Shown here one piece after another: positions 53,101 through 63,286 of a stretch of 64,000 nt of DNA (positions are counted from its first letter, which is position 1; each line of letters begins with the position of its first letter). A program made the position numbers and the translations under genes. Source of the DNA: Phoronis australis. Taxonomy: Eukaryota; Animalia; Phoronida. The notes under the pieces are model-generated. The model ran no database searches. It saw only the letters and a program-made list of their open reading frames with translations, and was not told where the DNA came from. The stretch spans positions 85,050 through 149,049 of the forward strand of contig NMRA01000684.1 in assembly GCA_002633005.1 (NCBI GenBank), read 5' to 3'.

Positions 53101-56100
53101 CTGCACAATCATACATAAACAAACTTAAGACAATGTATTAGTCGATGTTATGGTTCATTGTGACTAAACCATTCTCAAGACAAATGTTCACAATACTCCA
53201 GTCAGGTAACACAGGCTGAGAACAGTCTGCACAGTCAGGTACACAATGCCATCAAAATGCATTGTGAAGGGAGAGACCAGAAATCAAAACAGTTGGAGGT
53301 CAAATGATTCAAATGTTTCTATTCAGATAGCACTCAGGGTGATTCAATGGTATATGCATAACCTCCTTTATGAGAAGCCTGAAGGTAGTATTGTCCTTAT
53401 CCAAGATCTGAGCACCAAAGTTATATATAGTGTGACCAGCCGTCAATGAATTATTAAGAACAGCACGGTGTGTCTTGACAATTTCCTTTGACTTTGATGC
53501 TGTGAATCCTGCTGGCCATTCCAATAATAAAACTGCTCACATTCATTATAAGTATTTGGTACTCATATTTTGGCCAAAAACAAATTCAAAACCTATATTC
53601 AACAATAATTACATGGGGTACATAAAATGAGAAATCATTATTAAAGACACCCGATTGCACCTAATAGAATATAGATACAATTTTCAAGTTTCATGCCAAA
53701 TTTGTCGTGTATATGGCAGCCGTGACTTATCCTGTACTGAACTTGGATCAAGCCACAATCAGGTGATTACCAACAGTAAGGCGTAATAGCTATTTTTGTG
53801 TACAGAGTAGGTTTCCAAGATAATCAAGGATTTGAAAAATGCAGGGTTTCATGTGGGTTGACCAGATGTATTTTAAAAGATAATTTAAGAAGTGTGAACC
53901 TAGGTAGTGAAGGTATCAAACCATAAATACTATCCCACCTGTAATCAAGTGTACAAATTAAAGACAATTAGTTTACAAACCTGCATGGGAGATGAGGTCT
54001 GATCATTCATTTAGTAGAATACCAAAGATATACGAATGAGAGACTGTAATGCTAATGGAACCCAAAAGCATTTCCTCCTAACACAGAGAATAAACAGTGG
54101 AATGGAACAAAGCGGAAGTAGTGTTATCACACTACTGGCAATCATATGGTTTCTTGCTTCTTTTTATTGCCACGATATGCATTCCTTCAGGTAAGTCTAA
54201 CAGTATGAGCCAAAATGCGCATCTTTGGAAGGACTTGCATAGTGCTATCTTAATTGTTCCAACTTAACGAACAGTTGTAGTCGAACACAGGTTGAATTTA
54301 GCACATTCTCATTTTGGTACAGTCTTGTCATGAATTACTAATGGATAGGAGAGCCATAATTTTTCAACCAAACTTTTACTATATCCAATTACTTACCCAA
54401 AACCACAGGGAAATACCCTGGTATGGCTCTTATTTGAGGCAGATGCCTTCAGAATTCTGTCCGAGTTGCTGAAATGGCCATCAGAGAACAGGATCACGTT
54501 GCGGATTCCCTGGCTTAGAGGGAGCAAAAACAATGACTGTAAGGGCAGGACAAGCTCCGTGTTGCCTCTAGTTGCTTTCGTCTTCTGCAACCAATACCAA
54601 GCAGAACATGTAAAGTCTTGACAATATTATTACTTTTTAAAATAAATACGCTTTTAGGAAAGTTTTATTCTGTTTCTCATCATTAACAGCAAACGTCCGA
54701 AATTCTACTATTTAGGAGTTTGAGAGTATGAAAACGACCATTTCTCATGACGGTCCAGTCTCTAATTCTGGTGGACAAGTTTGACTAACTTAATATCAGA
54801 AAATGAACAGGGTCACTTAACCATACGTACTACTCAAAATAAGACCTGCTGTCCATTAACAATGGGTTTCATTTCGCATTTTGAGATTTACCAGTTTTCC
54901 AGATATTATTTTTCACTTTTGTTGTGTACTTAAGTTCCACTGAATTTTTTGACATTTTTTCAGTTTGCACAAGTTTTGCTTACATAGAAACTATTAAATT
55001 AACTTCATCATTTTCCACGTTTTCATTCATTATCAATGACAAACAATGGAAATCATGCTCAATTCAATGACGATTAGTGATGATGGCAATCAAAAATTAA
55101 TGTATCAAGGACACCTTAAACTGATGTTTTTGCATGCTACCAACTATGCTAATCAAAGTGCAGAAACGGTTGTATTCACAGACAACTGTGAAAACAAAAA
55201 ATTCTACAAATAACTGACCTTTGCACTGATGACATACCTTGGGGGGACACACATAGCCCACATCATGCAGTGTTATTCCCCAACACCACGTCATGATATT
55301 AACTGGACATGGTTGAGTGATTTCTGGCCATCACTTTCGACACAAAACTCAATGACATTCTTTTGGCAACTTTCAACCTACTCCATATTCACATCTTTGC
55401 TATATGTTGTGTTTCTAACTAGTTTGACCAAACTATCACAGCGATAAGGAATAAGCGTGCAAGTTCCACTTTAATTAAACAAAGTCCTATAGACGATTAT
55501 TGACCGATCAGATATTCTTCCAAGTAAAAAGCAACCAGTTGTTCAAATTAATGTTTCTTGAAGTTAAGATTTCTCACCTTTATGAAATGAAGAGCTTTTT
55601 CCATATTTCCCTTCGTTTTCTTTTGTGGCAAGATGAAGCACTCCTCAAAACCTGAAAGTCATAACCCAATTTCTTAAAAGTCCTAATAATTAAGACAGAT
55701 TTCCTTGTCTACAACTTTTCCCAGAAACAAAGTAGATGCCAGTAAACAAATTCCCTACATACAGCTGACAATCCATTGAGTACAAACAACTGCCTAAAGC
55801 TCAACATTTTGTAAATCGTAATTAATTTGTTGAGTTAAAGAATCCTATATGCCACTAAAACCTTGCATATGCAAATTTAACATTTGGCCATGAACGGAAT
55901 ACGCAAGGTAACAAAGTATCCTGGCCCAACGTGGTGCACCTAATCCGAGATCTTGTGCGAGTCTTAATTTCACAAACATATTTCATGATGCCAATTTTCC
56001 CATGATGAAAGAACCAAAGCCGGCCAAGAGATTGAAAACGATTGATAAAAAGTCAATTGATTTAACCCCTCACATAAAGCATCATGGCAAGACCAAAGAT

Positions 56101-59100
56101 TCTGGCTGAAGCAGCAAATAGTGAACTGGGATATTACTGACCCATTATGGGGAAAGCTTCTCATTTTAAAATTGAGTCCCAGTAGTAAATCGCAATGCTG
56201 TCACCGTGTATCATAGATAATCTGACACGGGATCAGTTGACTCTAAGAAACCTGTTTAGTTGCCTACAGCCAAAATTTGTGGACAACATCCATTATCAAG
56301 CAATTCTGCATCTCAAGTAGTTCAAATTCTGAGGTTTTATTCACATTTCTATGCCACATACCCATAAATTAAACAAGAAAACCACAAAAATCACACTGGG
56401 TCTGTGCACACTTTGTAGCTAATGAAATGCCCGCCGATCAATTTTAATTCCTTATTACTTGAACGGCCCTGATCTTACTTTGTGTACTGTTTTTAAACAA
56501 AAAAAAAAGAATCTTAACCAAATTTGCACTATCATGTTAATACATTTTCCAGTGGTAATGTTTGCAGCACTTTCAAGCCAAACGCAGTTCAAGTGTGAAA
56601 TGCTTCCGGATTACACAATCCTCCAGGAATTCACAAGGAGGTAAGAGTTTTTACACATTCGAGACTTAATGAGATACAGCTTTTAAGAACATGGTACGTC
56701 GCAACCAATCAAACATTCTGAACATAAGCTGAAATCTTTCCTTACTATTTCCAAATGCCAGGACATTGAATGTGCATGTCGAAGGCAGTTTCTGTATAGC
56801 TAGAATCAGCACAGCCTTTGCTTCCATCAGTGGCTGACCTCGCATGGAGTTGGACGCATCCAGAATAAACACAGCCTCATAGGAAATGATCTGACTGGCT
56901 TCAAACTCCGGGTAAAATGTCAGCATACATGCCTGTAATGCAGAATATTAGCAAAGGGATGGATAAAAAAAAGCATGCAGAATATTCAGCCAAAATCCTT
57001 CATTCACAGCTAAAACGTGAAGAAGTCTAGTAAGTTTTTGATATTAGGCAGTATTTATAACATCACAGACCAGAAATCGAATTACATCTGGCAGCAGGCT
57101 ATCAGGCATAAACCCACATTTGTTCTTGTCAGCACCTGACTCTTTTTGTACCTGCACCTCATTTTTCAGAGAAAAAAATGCCTCCCTGAATCAGGTTTTA
57201 AATACCTAGCAAAGTTCTCATTTTTCGAAAGCTACATGTTAACGTCAAGTGTTTTAAAAAATTAGTGGCTTGACAATTTATCGTCAATCACCTAGTTTAC
57301 GACTTTAATTGGTTGAGAAAGGATTTTCCAATTGGTCCAATTTTGAGTGACGGTCAACTCCCCCTCCTTCAATAGACCAGGGTACAGACTCTTCAGTAAT
57401 AAAAAGCTCATCCGTCTCAACAAGATGATTTGTTTTCAATAGGGCCATCGTGGATTACACAGTTTGAATCTCGCTGCATTATACCACAATGCCGTAAACA
57501 TCCGTCAGGTAATTTTGTTACCTTGTTTGCAGTCCATTGGAGTTTCACAGTCATGTTATTTGCTGTTGTCTGATTCTTAACAATGTTATTCTCAGTTGCA
57601 TTACATTATGTGTCCTTCCAATGCCAGCGGAGTATTGTTGTTGTGATCAGGACTTAGAATGACCAATGACAAAAAAACGCGGAAACTTTTACGCCCAAAT
57701 CATGCGCGCTACCCAGCTTTGAAATGGTCGATGTGGAGGGAGGACTAAAAAAAAAATGTTACCACCATCAGTAGCATGCGTCTGCGTCCTTTTGGGTCGC
57801 CCGTCCACTCCCAATCCACACACTTATGGCTGCAGAGCCGTAGTATTTGTTGCCGCGGTTTACAATAACACGAGACGCTATTGAAAATCCCACCACGCTA
57901 TCCCAGATGCCCCGGCAATGTTGACAATTTACGTTCCTCCGAAACATACAGAGCAACTTCCGCTTTTCGAGGTGAACGTCGTCTGCAACGCCGCGGTAAG
58001 AAAGGAATTTGCCGCGGAAATTTTATATCAAATCCGATTTTTTTTACATGGAAATATAATAAAATGCGCGGAAAGAACATTTGAAAAAAGCGGAAATCCG
58101 CGTTTCCGCGGAAAATTCCAAGCCCTGTGTGATGTGGGCTGCGACTCCAACATGAGAAAGTTTGATAAACTGGACAAGTACCCATGAATGGCGTGATGTG
58201 AAATTCTTTGCATTCCCCGGCATCAATGAGAGACACGAAAACGTACTTGATTTCCAAAACGAGGTCACATGCTTTCTTATCTCCGGGTCAAAGGAGAGTT
58301 CTACCACCGTGTAATCCGAGTCGGCCCTATTACAACAGTTTATGGAATGGCTAATGTTCACAAAATTACACTGCTTTGATTACCATGATAGCTTAAGTCA
58401 TTAACTGCAATGATAAATACATGCAAATTTCCATCAGGGGAACTCAGACTTACCCAACATAGCAACAATTTGCAAAAAACAGCAAACAAAAAAGATGATC
58501 CCATCTAACTGTGCACGAAATGTCAGAGGCCCCTCCAAGTGACCTCTCGCCAATTTATTGCCAAATCTCACCTGATGGTCACTGTCATCCACATCCTGTT
58601 CCACCCACATTCTGGGCATGTGGATCTCAGCCAGCCCTACACACAATTGAAACCCATCCTCTAACTGTTGATTCTTTGCCATTTCTACCACTGCTTTAGT
58701 GGCAGTTTTCTGTTGGAAAAATAAATCATAACGCATAAAATTCTTGCATCTTTGAGCCGAACGACATATTGAAAGTACCTAATTCTCAATAATATCCAAA
58801 AACGTCCTTGCTGATCCATGCAAATGGAACATTTTCGTGTTGTCCATAAACAAAACAACAATTTAATGTGCAAGTTAATGTCCAGTTAGGTGTCAAGTTA
58901 CGGCGAATCTTTTGAGCAAGTTTGACCTATATCAAGTCCCAGTAACCAATCACGTTGATGGATGACTTTTACTTGAGAATTTATTATTCAGACAGGTTCA
59001 ATAATATGAAAATTTAAAATAAAACGTAAAAAATGCAGGTGGTCTGGTGTCATCTACGGTGCATCAGACGTGTGCAGACCTCGTGCTTGGGACCATTGCA

Positions 59101-62100
59101 CACAACACAAGGCAACACATTACTATACAATACAATGCACAATAACAATACTGTGTTGTCACACATACCTTAGTTCGTATCTTGTGTGATGGACTTTCAA
59201 TGGATCTTATATCAAAAGGCATCTCAATGTTGACACGAACTGACAAGTTATCGCTGATATTGTCCTTGACGTGAAGCGTGTCAACATCCGTCTGAAAGAT
59301 AAAGTTAAACGCTACTTGTCGTCAACTTCTCACAACATTTCACAGTACATGCCATTACCTTCAAAAAAGATCAATAGTGAAGTTGCTGAGTACCGTAAAA
59401 ATTCTCCAAGTCTGGGGGAGTCGCTATAATTTTGGGCACAGAAATTTAAACAAAACTTGATTTTTTATTGCTGAACAATTTGGAACATCGACAACTTCGG
59501 CGATTAATGTATTTCTCAAATACCGGAATTTTTTGTATCAATTGAGTTTGAAAATAGACTTGAGAATTCATAAAATCATCAAAATAGCCATTGACACAAC
59601 CTTTGCATGTGTCCTCACAGTATGTTCCATTCAGGTGAATGATCGTAATTCCTGAATTTAAGACAGTCAATACTGTCCGTTTCTAAAACTTGATACCAGC
59701 TCTGACCTTAAGGAAAATTATCGATTTTTCATGGTGTCCCAAACCAGAGAATTTTTACCATTGAGCACAAGTTATGAATGTCAGAAGAAAGGAGATATGT
59801 GGTTCCAATATAAGCATTGAACTGTGTGGCCCAGTGGGACTCGAACCCACGACCTCGAGTAAAGAAGGCGGGCACCATCACACTAGGCCACACCGCCTCC
59901 TCCAAATCAGTTTGCAAAGATTCATGATGCTTTGAGTGGTTTAGCAGATAGATAGATGGGACACCAGTAAACAAACGCAAATAATAACCACAATCGACAC
60001 AAGGTGGCATACAATATGTCCAATTCATTCAAAAAATGGAATGGCATAGTTGCAATCTCAATAGAAACGTATTTGCCAAATTTCATGAAAATCCATCAAC
60101 TGAAGGAACTCCAAAGATACAGAGGCAACGTAAAAAGTTAAATTATTATAGTAACTAAGGGGTACAGCAATAGCCCGACAGGCATGAAACTCACAATGAT
60201 CTGTTGTCAACAGTGGACACAACCAGATGCCAAATGCCCAGACAGAGACGACAGAAATATACACCCGCATTCATGTGGGCACAAAATTTGTTCCATTTAA
60301 AAACATTGTCTGTTAATCCCATACTGACAATGAATAGCAGATACATTTTGACATTTTGAAGGAAATAACGACGGTGGTCGGAATATAAAAGTCTCAGCTG
60401 AGTATTTCCTACATCATCGCACAAAAATCAGCGTTTTACCCAACCTGAGTGATTTCAGCAAGATTTGCGTCTTTCCTCCAGGGGGCAACACTACCAGGTA
60501 CGTTGAACACAATCTTGTCTCCATCCACCTGAAGTTCAGTTACGTAGGTGATCTTTATCAGGACACTTGCTTGGGGTGGCAAGTTTCCTACACTCACAGT
60601 AAACACATCCTGAAAGCAACAAAACACACCCAGTGTATCGGAAATGTGAAACTAGATGTTCACTAGGCAATGCTATTATTAACTGAACAAGGGACATTTT
60701 CATTAAAGTTACTTAAGAGTTAAGACAGAAATTTGATATTAGGTTCCCAGTTCTCAATTGCTGAGTAAAAGTTTAACCGAGTATTTACGCATGCATCACA
60801 GTCAAGAAATAATCTATAGAGGTCATCCCAGTAACAAGCAGTTATGTGTACATTCTTAGACACTTTGCACTTTTGCTCAAGTGAGATTAAAACATTTTTC
60901 AGAAGTTCTTATGTGGAGTGTAAGATCAAATTTCTGTCTAAAGTCTTTTTAGGCACTTTTCATGAGAACTTATAAAACTGTTCACCAATACGGCACATGA
61001 CTACTGAAACACACACATCACCTACTGATCTATATGGTCTTAGCAAATTCTAAACACATTAGTCAGAGTTAACTAGTACGTATAGTGGCCTAGAATTTTG
61101 TGGACCGTTATAAATCATCTGTGTTGTTTACAAACAATAAGGCCAATGAAAGTACTTCTTTGTGAGCCCAGCTTTTAGTCATCAACCATCCCAGTTGGAC
61201 TGGGTAAGTAAACCCAGCTGAACAAAAGGTTTATGGTCCTGGGTGAGAAGATAATTGTTTAGTAACCCCAAAATGACAGCCAGGCACAAAACATAATCAA
61301 CAACGGGTCAGAAACAGAATTATTTGAAAAAGTCCAGATACAGTTACAGCACCTGTACACCAGCATCAAACAACACATGGTCTTCTTCATGATGAAGGAA
61401 CTTCAAAGCTCCTTATTGGTATTTCTAAAAAGACACGAGTCACTCTAGTCGCAGGCTGAACCTTTATCAACAAAAAAACATCAAGATCTTGTCTTTACTG
61501 AATTATATACGGAACTGTACAAAGATGCAGTGCACAAATAATCTTATAGAGAGACGTAATAACAGTTAAAACCCTTCAGACCACAGACCGGCGTTTCCTC
61601 ATCCTGGTCCATGAGGTAGGCCCCGTGCCCCTCCCTGATTGCCTCCTTGTACTCCCTGTGAGCTGTTTCCTTTTCCTTGACCTCTCCCACTATGTGCTTG
61701 CCATTGATGAATGCCTCAAAGCCACACACCGCCGCCATCTCGTCCAAAGGGAACACGTATTTAGCTTCAATGGCCACGTTATTGGTGTTGACGTATGCTT
61801 GCAGAACAACAACCTAAATGTGAAAAAGATTTCTTTGATGTTTAGTACGATTTTGTGTTCAAAAATAAGAGTTAAACCCAGAATTGCTTAGTAATGTATC
61901 CTAAAAAGAGTGGAATTGCTATTTAATAGTGATGTATCCGAAAGACACAAACATGTATTGTGAAATGCGTGTGGAGCACGGGCTTTGGCAGATACATTGC
62001 CAAGAATAAACTACTCAAAACATAGTAGACATAGAACGGCATTCTAAGAATTATTCAATTCTTTGCAAGGCATCAGGTATATTAGGCCAGTTACTAAGCG

Positions 62101-63286
62101 TGTTCTGCAATGAAAACTTCAACTCTCCACAGCAGAGATGTAAGTTCACTGAAAGTCACTTCCAAATAATTAAGCAGGTTTTAAACATCTGAGTTACTGA
62201 TTAGCAGTGCAGGCCAGGTGCTTTGTTAGCTCAAGAAATCATAAGATGACTACAATGCCCAGAGATAAAACTTTCTACTTCAAACCAAAATTAGAACTTG
62301 ATGGATGTGAAATAAAATACTGAAAGACAGTCACTTGGTTATTTTCTTAGCCAAAAACAGAACTGCATTATTTTTAACTTTCATCAAACTTGCAAGATAT
62401 ATCAGGGTAAAAACACTCCGATATTCAAGTTTTAAAACAATGTTATTCAAGCTTGGCCAATATTAATCAAGCTTTTTGGACCTACCTTATTCAAAGTTCT
62501 GTGCTAAGATTACATAACCTTGCCAGTACCATTGTCAAGAGCACTTGACTGCATGAGCTACTGTGCACACAGAAAATGGGCTCTCTTCATTTGATCGAAA
62601 ATTGGTAAGAAAACGAGTTTTGTTTGGTGACAGAATTTGCTAAAGATAGTAAGGGTTAGAATGGATTCTTGAGTTTAACCAGTGGCCCTGATGGCTCACT
62701 GGACTTAAGTGTCTGCACTTTTATCAGAAGGTTCCATTTTCAAGTCCCCATTGGGGCAGAAATCTTTTCAGACATATGCTCATTTGGTCACCTGATGTGG
62801 TCAACAGGTGGAGTGCAGACCAGACTTTAAAAAGTTTACCATCATTCTACATTTCTACGCTGGTTCAAGATTTACATTTTATTCCAGATTGCATTATGTT
62901 ACTGGAAAGCAATCTTATTCCTGCTTACAGTATTGATTATCAAGAAGCATGTGACCACTTAAATTTTTTTTCACCAATATCTTGGGTCTATAGAACACAG
63001 CCCGGATTTGCCTCGGGAACTGACAGAAGCCTCGAGAAAAGTGTCGAATAAACTGATCTACCAATAAGCTTGAGCAAGCTAAGTAATATATCAACATACA
63101 ACGTTATTTTGATAACAAACAAAATTTAATTTAATAAAAATGGTCGTTAACTTACTTCTGCAGCTAAATCCTTTAAGTGAGCCTGGACGCAGACTGACTT
63201 GAGGGGTACCGGAGTATCACTTTTGGACAACAGACCAGGAGCTACTTTAGTCAAGGGGTCGCATAAATCTGTGATGCTCGTCACCT
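25783..63286 (-). CDS. PARP4: PARP4 (vault PARP)-like gene, 5'-partial, 27 reconstructed exons: VIT-vWA-ITIH-like-Pro-rich-[PKA-RI-derived tandem cNMP-binding domains]-MVP-interaction domain
   Basis: Manual splice reconstruction: all introns GT-AG and all phases compatible, 4610 nt total. Motifs seen: VIT (EAKYVFPLDEMAAVCGFEAFINGKHIVGEVKEKETAHREY; DVFTVSVGNLPP), vWA (FILDASNSM, LFSDG), ITIH-like (YSIVTQFTSFIAVEKR), C-terminal GVKSLG...YGSLYSNLELGLSW. Confidence 0.9.
26660..26753 (-). CDS. PARP4: PARP4-like exon, MVP-interaction domain (NKCNSDADFQTVGNTWLTLCEILNSAGVKSL)
   Basis: ttag|AAC...CTT G|gtaagg; 94 nt; L...G..SLG motif. Confidence 0.85.
27336..27451 (-). CDS. PARP4: PARP4-like exon leading into the MVP-interaction domain (SSLYEKWQRWSLEETIILDKYCNRLELSDDVLAMAKAL)
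   Basis: acag|GT...CTG|gtaggt; 116 nt; phase 1-0 fits both neighbours; weak homology. Confidence 0.7.
27915..28054. repeat. Recent 76-bp tandem duplication
   Basis: Identical 52-bp core TATCTGCCGTAAGCACTATTTCAACCCATTTCCGTAACAAATACCTCACACA at 27927 and 28003. Confidence 0.9.
28690..30290 (+). repeat. Old composite repeat array (CCACTAGGGGGC / CAAATTTCAT..AATCCATCAA units), with related pieces at about 43990-44175, 46840-47170 and 60030-60190
   Basis: 28800-28877 aligns with 44100-44177; the degenerate motifs recur several times; resembles non-autonomous Helentron/HINE-like elements (family assignment is inference). Confidence 0.5.
30433..30615 (-). CDS. PKA-RI-derived exon, intact phosphate-binding cassette of CNB-B (GEVSLLYHQPRSATVTVKSDTLTCAWLDSQRFGHLLRPCFPFFEKQTSQYKNLVPVGTKRD)
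   Basis: tcag|GT...GAT G|gtatgt; 183 nt; aligns to [38 protein letters not shown]...QQYNSFV. Confidence 0.92.
32895..32976 (-). CDS. PKA-RI-derived exon, CNB-B (GEAVVSQQSQDDCQPTDVGCLKANDYF)
   Basis: tcag|GGG...TTT G|gtcagt; 82 nt; aligns to [27 protein letters not shown]. Confidence 0.9.
33777..34085 (+). pseudogene. THAP zinc-finger N-terminus of a Kolobok transposase, with frameshifts and a stop
   Basis: MVWCIVPG/CAN...GISFFRFP*...KW...VCGWHF...F.../MKSDVMPSVF matches the C2CH THAP signature plus the AVPTIF-type box. Confidence 0.8.
34230..34570 (-). pseudogene. KolX (P2X7 C-terminal-like Cys-rich) relic
   Basis: YQFE...RL....WCQCANCTIMETTDACVCCHE, then after a frameshift CLTDHPDF..HLN. 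Confidence 0.75.
36926..37047 (-). CDS. PKA-RI-derived exon, CNB-B (SLSDIARQLLVSTLTLATFSCGDVIVNQEEPGSRFYVVIE)
   Basis: gtag|AA...GAG|gtaggt; 122 nt; aligns to [40 protein letters not shown]. Confidence 0.9.
38020..38083 (-). CDS. PKA-RI-derived exon, A/B hinge (MPKRECVNQGLISCVNNMQCL)
   Basis: tcag|ATG...TTA A|gtaatc; 64 nt; phase 0-1 as required by both neighbours. Confidence 0.7.
38250..38707 (+). repeat. Interspersed repeat, copy 1 (inverted relative to 42298-42715)
   Basis: Shared blocks TTTCAATGGACGAAATCTG, ACGTCATTATTCATTAGCGACAC, GACAGTAAAATAGA, GGAGTTGC.AATCTGTTGTCTATAA. Confidence 0.8.
39266..39457 (-). CDS. PKA-RI-derived exon, degenerate CNB-A cassette (VQADTSPAVVLTAGDSFGIERE...TDTELWVIEGDFLHYLL...)
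   Basis: acag|GTG...GAG|gtatgt; 192 nt; G.SFG and T...LW.I motifs. Confidence 0.85.
40026..40122 (-). CDS. PKA-RI-derived exon, CNB-A (LLIDHLRPVYKKAGYKVVCLSKHYIIGKGAVE)
   Basis: tcag|C...GAG|gtgacg; 97 nt, phase 2-0; aligns to DIFDAMFPVSFIAGETVI...FYVIDQGE with a 4-aa deletion. Confidence 0.82.
40992..41400 (-). mobile_element. Transposon relic carrying a frameshifted HIRAN domain
   Basis: Minus strand 41258-41400 reads ..YKE/WIPVEGEDL.../NPVDKYAASVLKGLTMVGHVPR. It sits next to a terminus-like TACCATATTCGCCCTAATAAGCGCCC with a repeated TAAGCGCCC subterminal motif. Confidence 0.65.
42057..42148 (-). CDS. PKA-RI-derived exon (IVHKDYETRTSLHRMILSNPRFSFLNESTM)
   Basis: tcag|ATT...AG|gtaagt; 92 nt; aligns to RI-alpha [30 protein letters not shown]. 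Confidence 0.88.
42298..42715 (-). repeat. Interspersed repeat, copy 2
   Basis: The reverse complement aligns with 38250-38707. Confidence 0.8.
43421..43594 (+). mobile_element. ~175-bp MITE, copy 2
   Basis: ATTGACCTATTGC ... GCAATAGATCAAT TIRs (12/13); homologous to 4281-4457. Confidence 0.75.
43613..43686 (-). CDS. First exon of the PKA-RI-derived insert (EISSKMRAFSKPPCNAPLAPPSVK; degenerate inhibitor/linker)
   Basis: tcag|GA...AAG|gtaagc; 74 nt, phase 1-0; ends at the junction equivalent to RI 'YVRK|VIPKDY'. Confidence 0.7.
44322..45557 (-). CDS. PARP4: PARP4-like long acidic/proline-rich linker exon (412 codons)
   Basis: Within ORF 44281-45579; gcag|AT...GGT G|gtaagg; 1236 nt, phase 1-1; poly-Pro runs at the position of the large low-complexity exon of PARP4. 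Confidence 0.85.
45798..46151 (-). CDS. Possible extra or alternative acidic exon: tandem duplicate of the 5' part of the Pro-rich exon, with EESLGSD repeats
   Basis: Same acceptor as the next exon (ttgcag|ATACTCTCCC), open frame, candidate phase-1 donors after 45798 (G|gtatac) or 45831 (A|gtatgc). Confidence 0.4.
46025..46120. repeat. 21-bp tandem repeat (TCATCAGACCCAAGGCTCTCC-like, about 4 copies) reading EESLGSD on the minus strand
   Basis: Seen directly. Confidence 0.85.
47965..48016 (-). CDS. PARP4: PARP4-like small linker exon (VATDISLEMVHGRIDKF)
   Basis: tcag|GTG...TTC G|gtaata; 52 nt. It supplies the phase 0-to-1 change needed before the Pro-rich exon; no homology support. Confidence 0.6.
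48847..48954 (-). CDS. PARP4: PARP4-like exon (HETFDQGPSMQELIDRERSDILDYIGWDTETPVDMM)
   Basis: taag|CAC...ATG|gtaagt; 108 nt; P...ELI..E..D.L.Y..W motif. Confidence 0.85.
49361..49490. mobile_element. Small MITE with 28-bp TIRs
   Basis: TGAACCTCTTTTTCGGTTTTAAAAACAA versus TTGTTTTTAAAACCTAAAAAGGGGTTCA. Confidence 0.6.
49799..49900 (-). CDS. PARP4: PARP4-like exon (AVKMKRQSSIVNISKKYSIVTQFTSFIAVEKRDQ)
   Basis: tcag|GCA...CAG|gtactg; 102 nt; TQFTSF.AVEKR motif. Confidence 0.93.
50165..50245 (-). CDS. PARP4: PARP4-like exon (ILHRLAAKAIIHDWEDGTLSSERSEHE)
   Basis: ccag|ATT...GAA|gtaagt; 81 nt; H.LAA.A.I.D.EDG motif. Confidence 0.92.
51461..51541 (-). CDS. PARP4: PARP4-like exon (ATLKAEIDGQEVSTMVSTHELQVSRGK)
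   Basis: gtag|GCC...AAG|gtttgt; 81 nt. Confidence 0.9.
51770..51937 (-). CDS. PARP4: PARP4-like exon (VVSQLEKSAQPGLSSVSVDW...QAPSLVTALFNGSRLVVYGFIPNCTK)
   Basis: ttag|GTT...AAG|gtaggc; 168 nt; QAP...LF...RLVVYGF motif. Confidence 0.93.
52939..53038 (-). CDS. PARP4: PARP4-like exon, end of vWA (SSPNRYLLRTLARVSGGFYEYFDSKTKSKWERK)
   Basis: ccag|T...AAG|gtaaaa; 100 nt, phase 2-0. Confidence 0.92.
54397..54584 (-). CDS. PARP4: PARP4-like exon, vWA (ATRGNTEL...NVILFSDGH...TRVFPCGFG)
   Basis: gcag|AAG...GG|gtaagt; 188 nt; MIDAS Thr and Asp present. Confidence 0.93.
55578..55651 (-). CDS. PARP4: PARP4-like exon, vWA (FEECFILPQKKTKGNMEKALHFIK)
   Basis: tcag|GT...AAG|gtgaga; 74 nt, phase 1-0. Confidence 0.88.
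56746..56932 (-). CDS. PARP4: PARP4-like exon, vWA start with MIDAS DxSxS (ACMLTFYPEF...FILDASNSMRG...FNVLAFGN)
   Basis: acag|GCA...AAT A|gtaagg; 187 nt. Confidence 0.94.
57648..58127. mobile_element. hAT-like non-autonomous element (480 bp) with an apparent 6-bp TSD
   Basis: TIRs CAGGACTTAGAAT / ATTCCAAGCCCTG (11/13); TGTGAT directly on both sides; repeated CGCGGAAA subterminal motifs. Confidence 0.7.
58572..58709 (-). CDS. PARP4: PARP4-like exon (KTATKAVVEM...GLAEIHMPRMWVE...HQ)
   Basis: acag|AAA...CAG|gtgaga; 138 nt; PRMWVE motif. Confidence 0.93.
59169..59291 (-). CDS. PARP4: PARP4-like exon (TDVDTLHVKD...IEMPFDIRSIESPSHKIRTK)
   Basis: tcag|ACG...AAG|gtatgt; 123 nt; IEMPF.I..I.SP.H motif. 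Confidence 0.92.
59826..59900 (-). mobile_element. tRNA-derived SINE head or tRNA pseudogene
   Basis: A-box TGGCCTAGTG and B-box GGTTCGAGTCC with a T-arm GTGGG/CCCAC; acceptor stem does not pair. Confidence 0.6.
60445..60609 (-). CDS. PARP4: PARP4-like exon, end of VIT (DVFTVSVGNLPPQASVLIKITYVTEL...EITQ)
   Basis: tcag|GAT...CAG|gttggg; 165 nt, phase 0-0. Confidence 0.93.
60695..60970. mobile_element. Diverged foldback/MITE
   Basis: AGACAGAAATTTGAT / ATCAAATTTCTGTCT core with imperfect ~45-bp arms. Confidence 0.45.
61589..61813 (-). CDS. PARP4: PARP4-like exon, VIT domain (VVVLQAYVNTNNVAIEAKYVFPLDEMAAVCGFEAFINGKHIVGEVKEK...DEETP)
   Basis: ttag|GTT...CCG|gtctgt; 225 nt; very close to the PARP4 VIT consensus. 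Confidence 0.95.
63156..63286 (-). CDS. PARP4: PARP4-like exon, start of VIT domain (VTSITDLCDPLTKVAPGLLSKSDTPVPLKSVCVQAHLKDLAAE)
   Basis: ccag|AG...GAA|gtaagt; 131 nt; GL...VPLKSV.V.A.L.D.AA VIT-start motif. Confidence 0.88.

Noticed and set aside
59826-59900. Functional tRNA gene
   Set aside because: The acceptor stem and D-arm do not pair, so it is treated as a SINE head or pseudogene.
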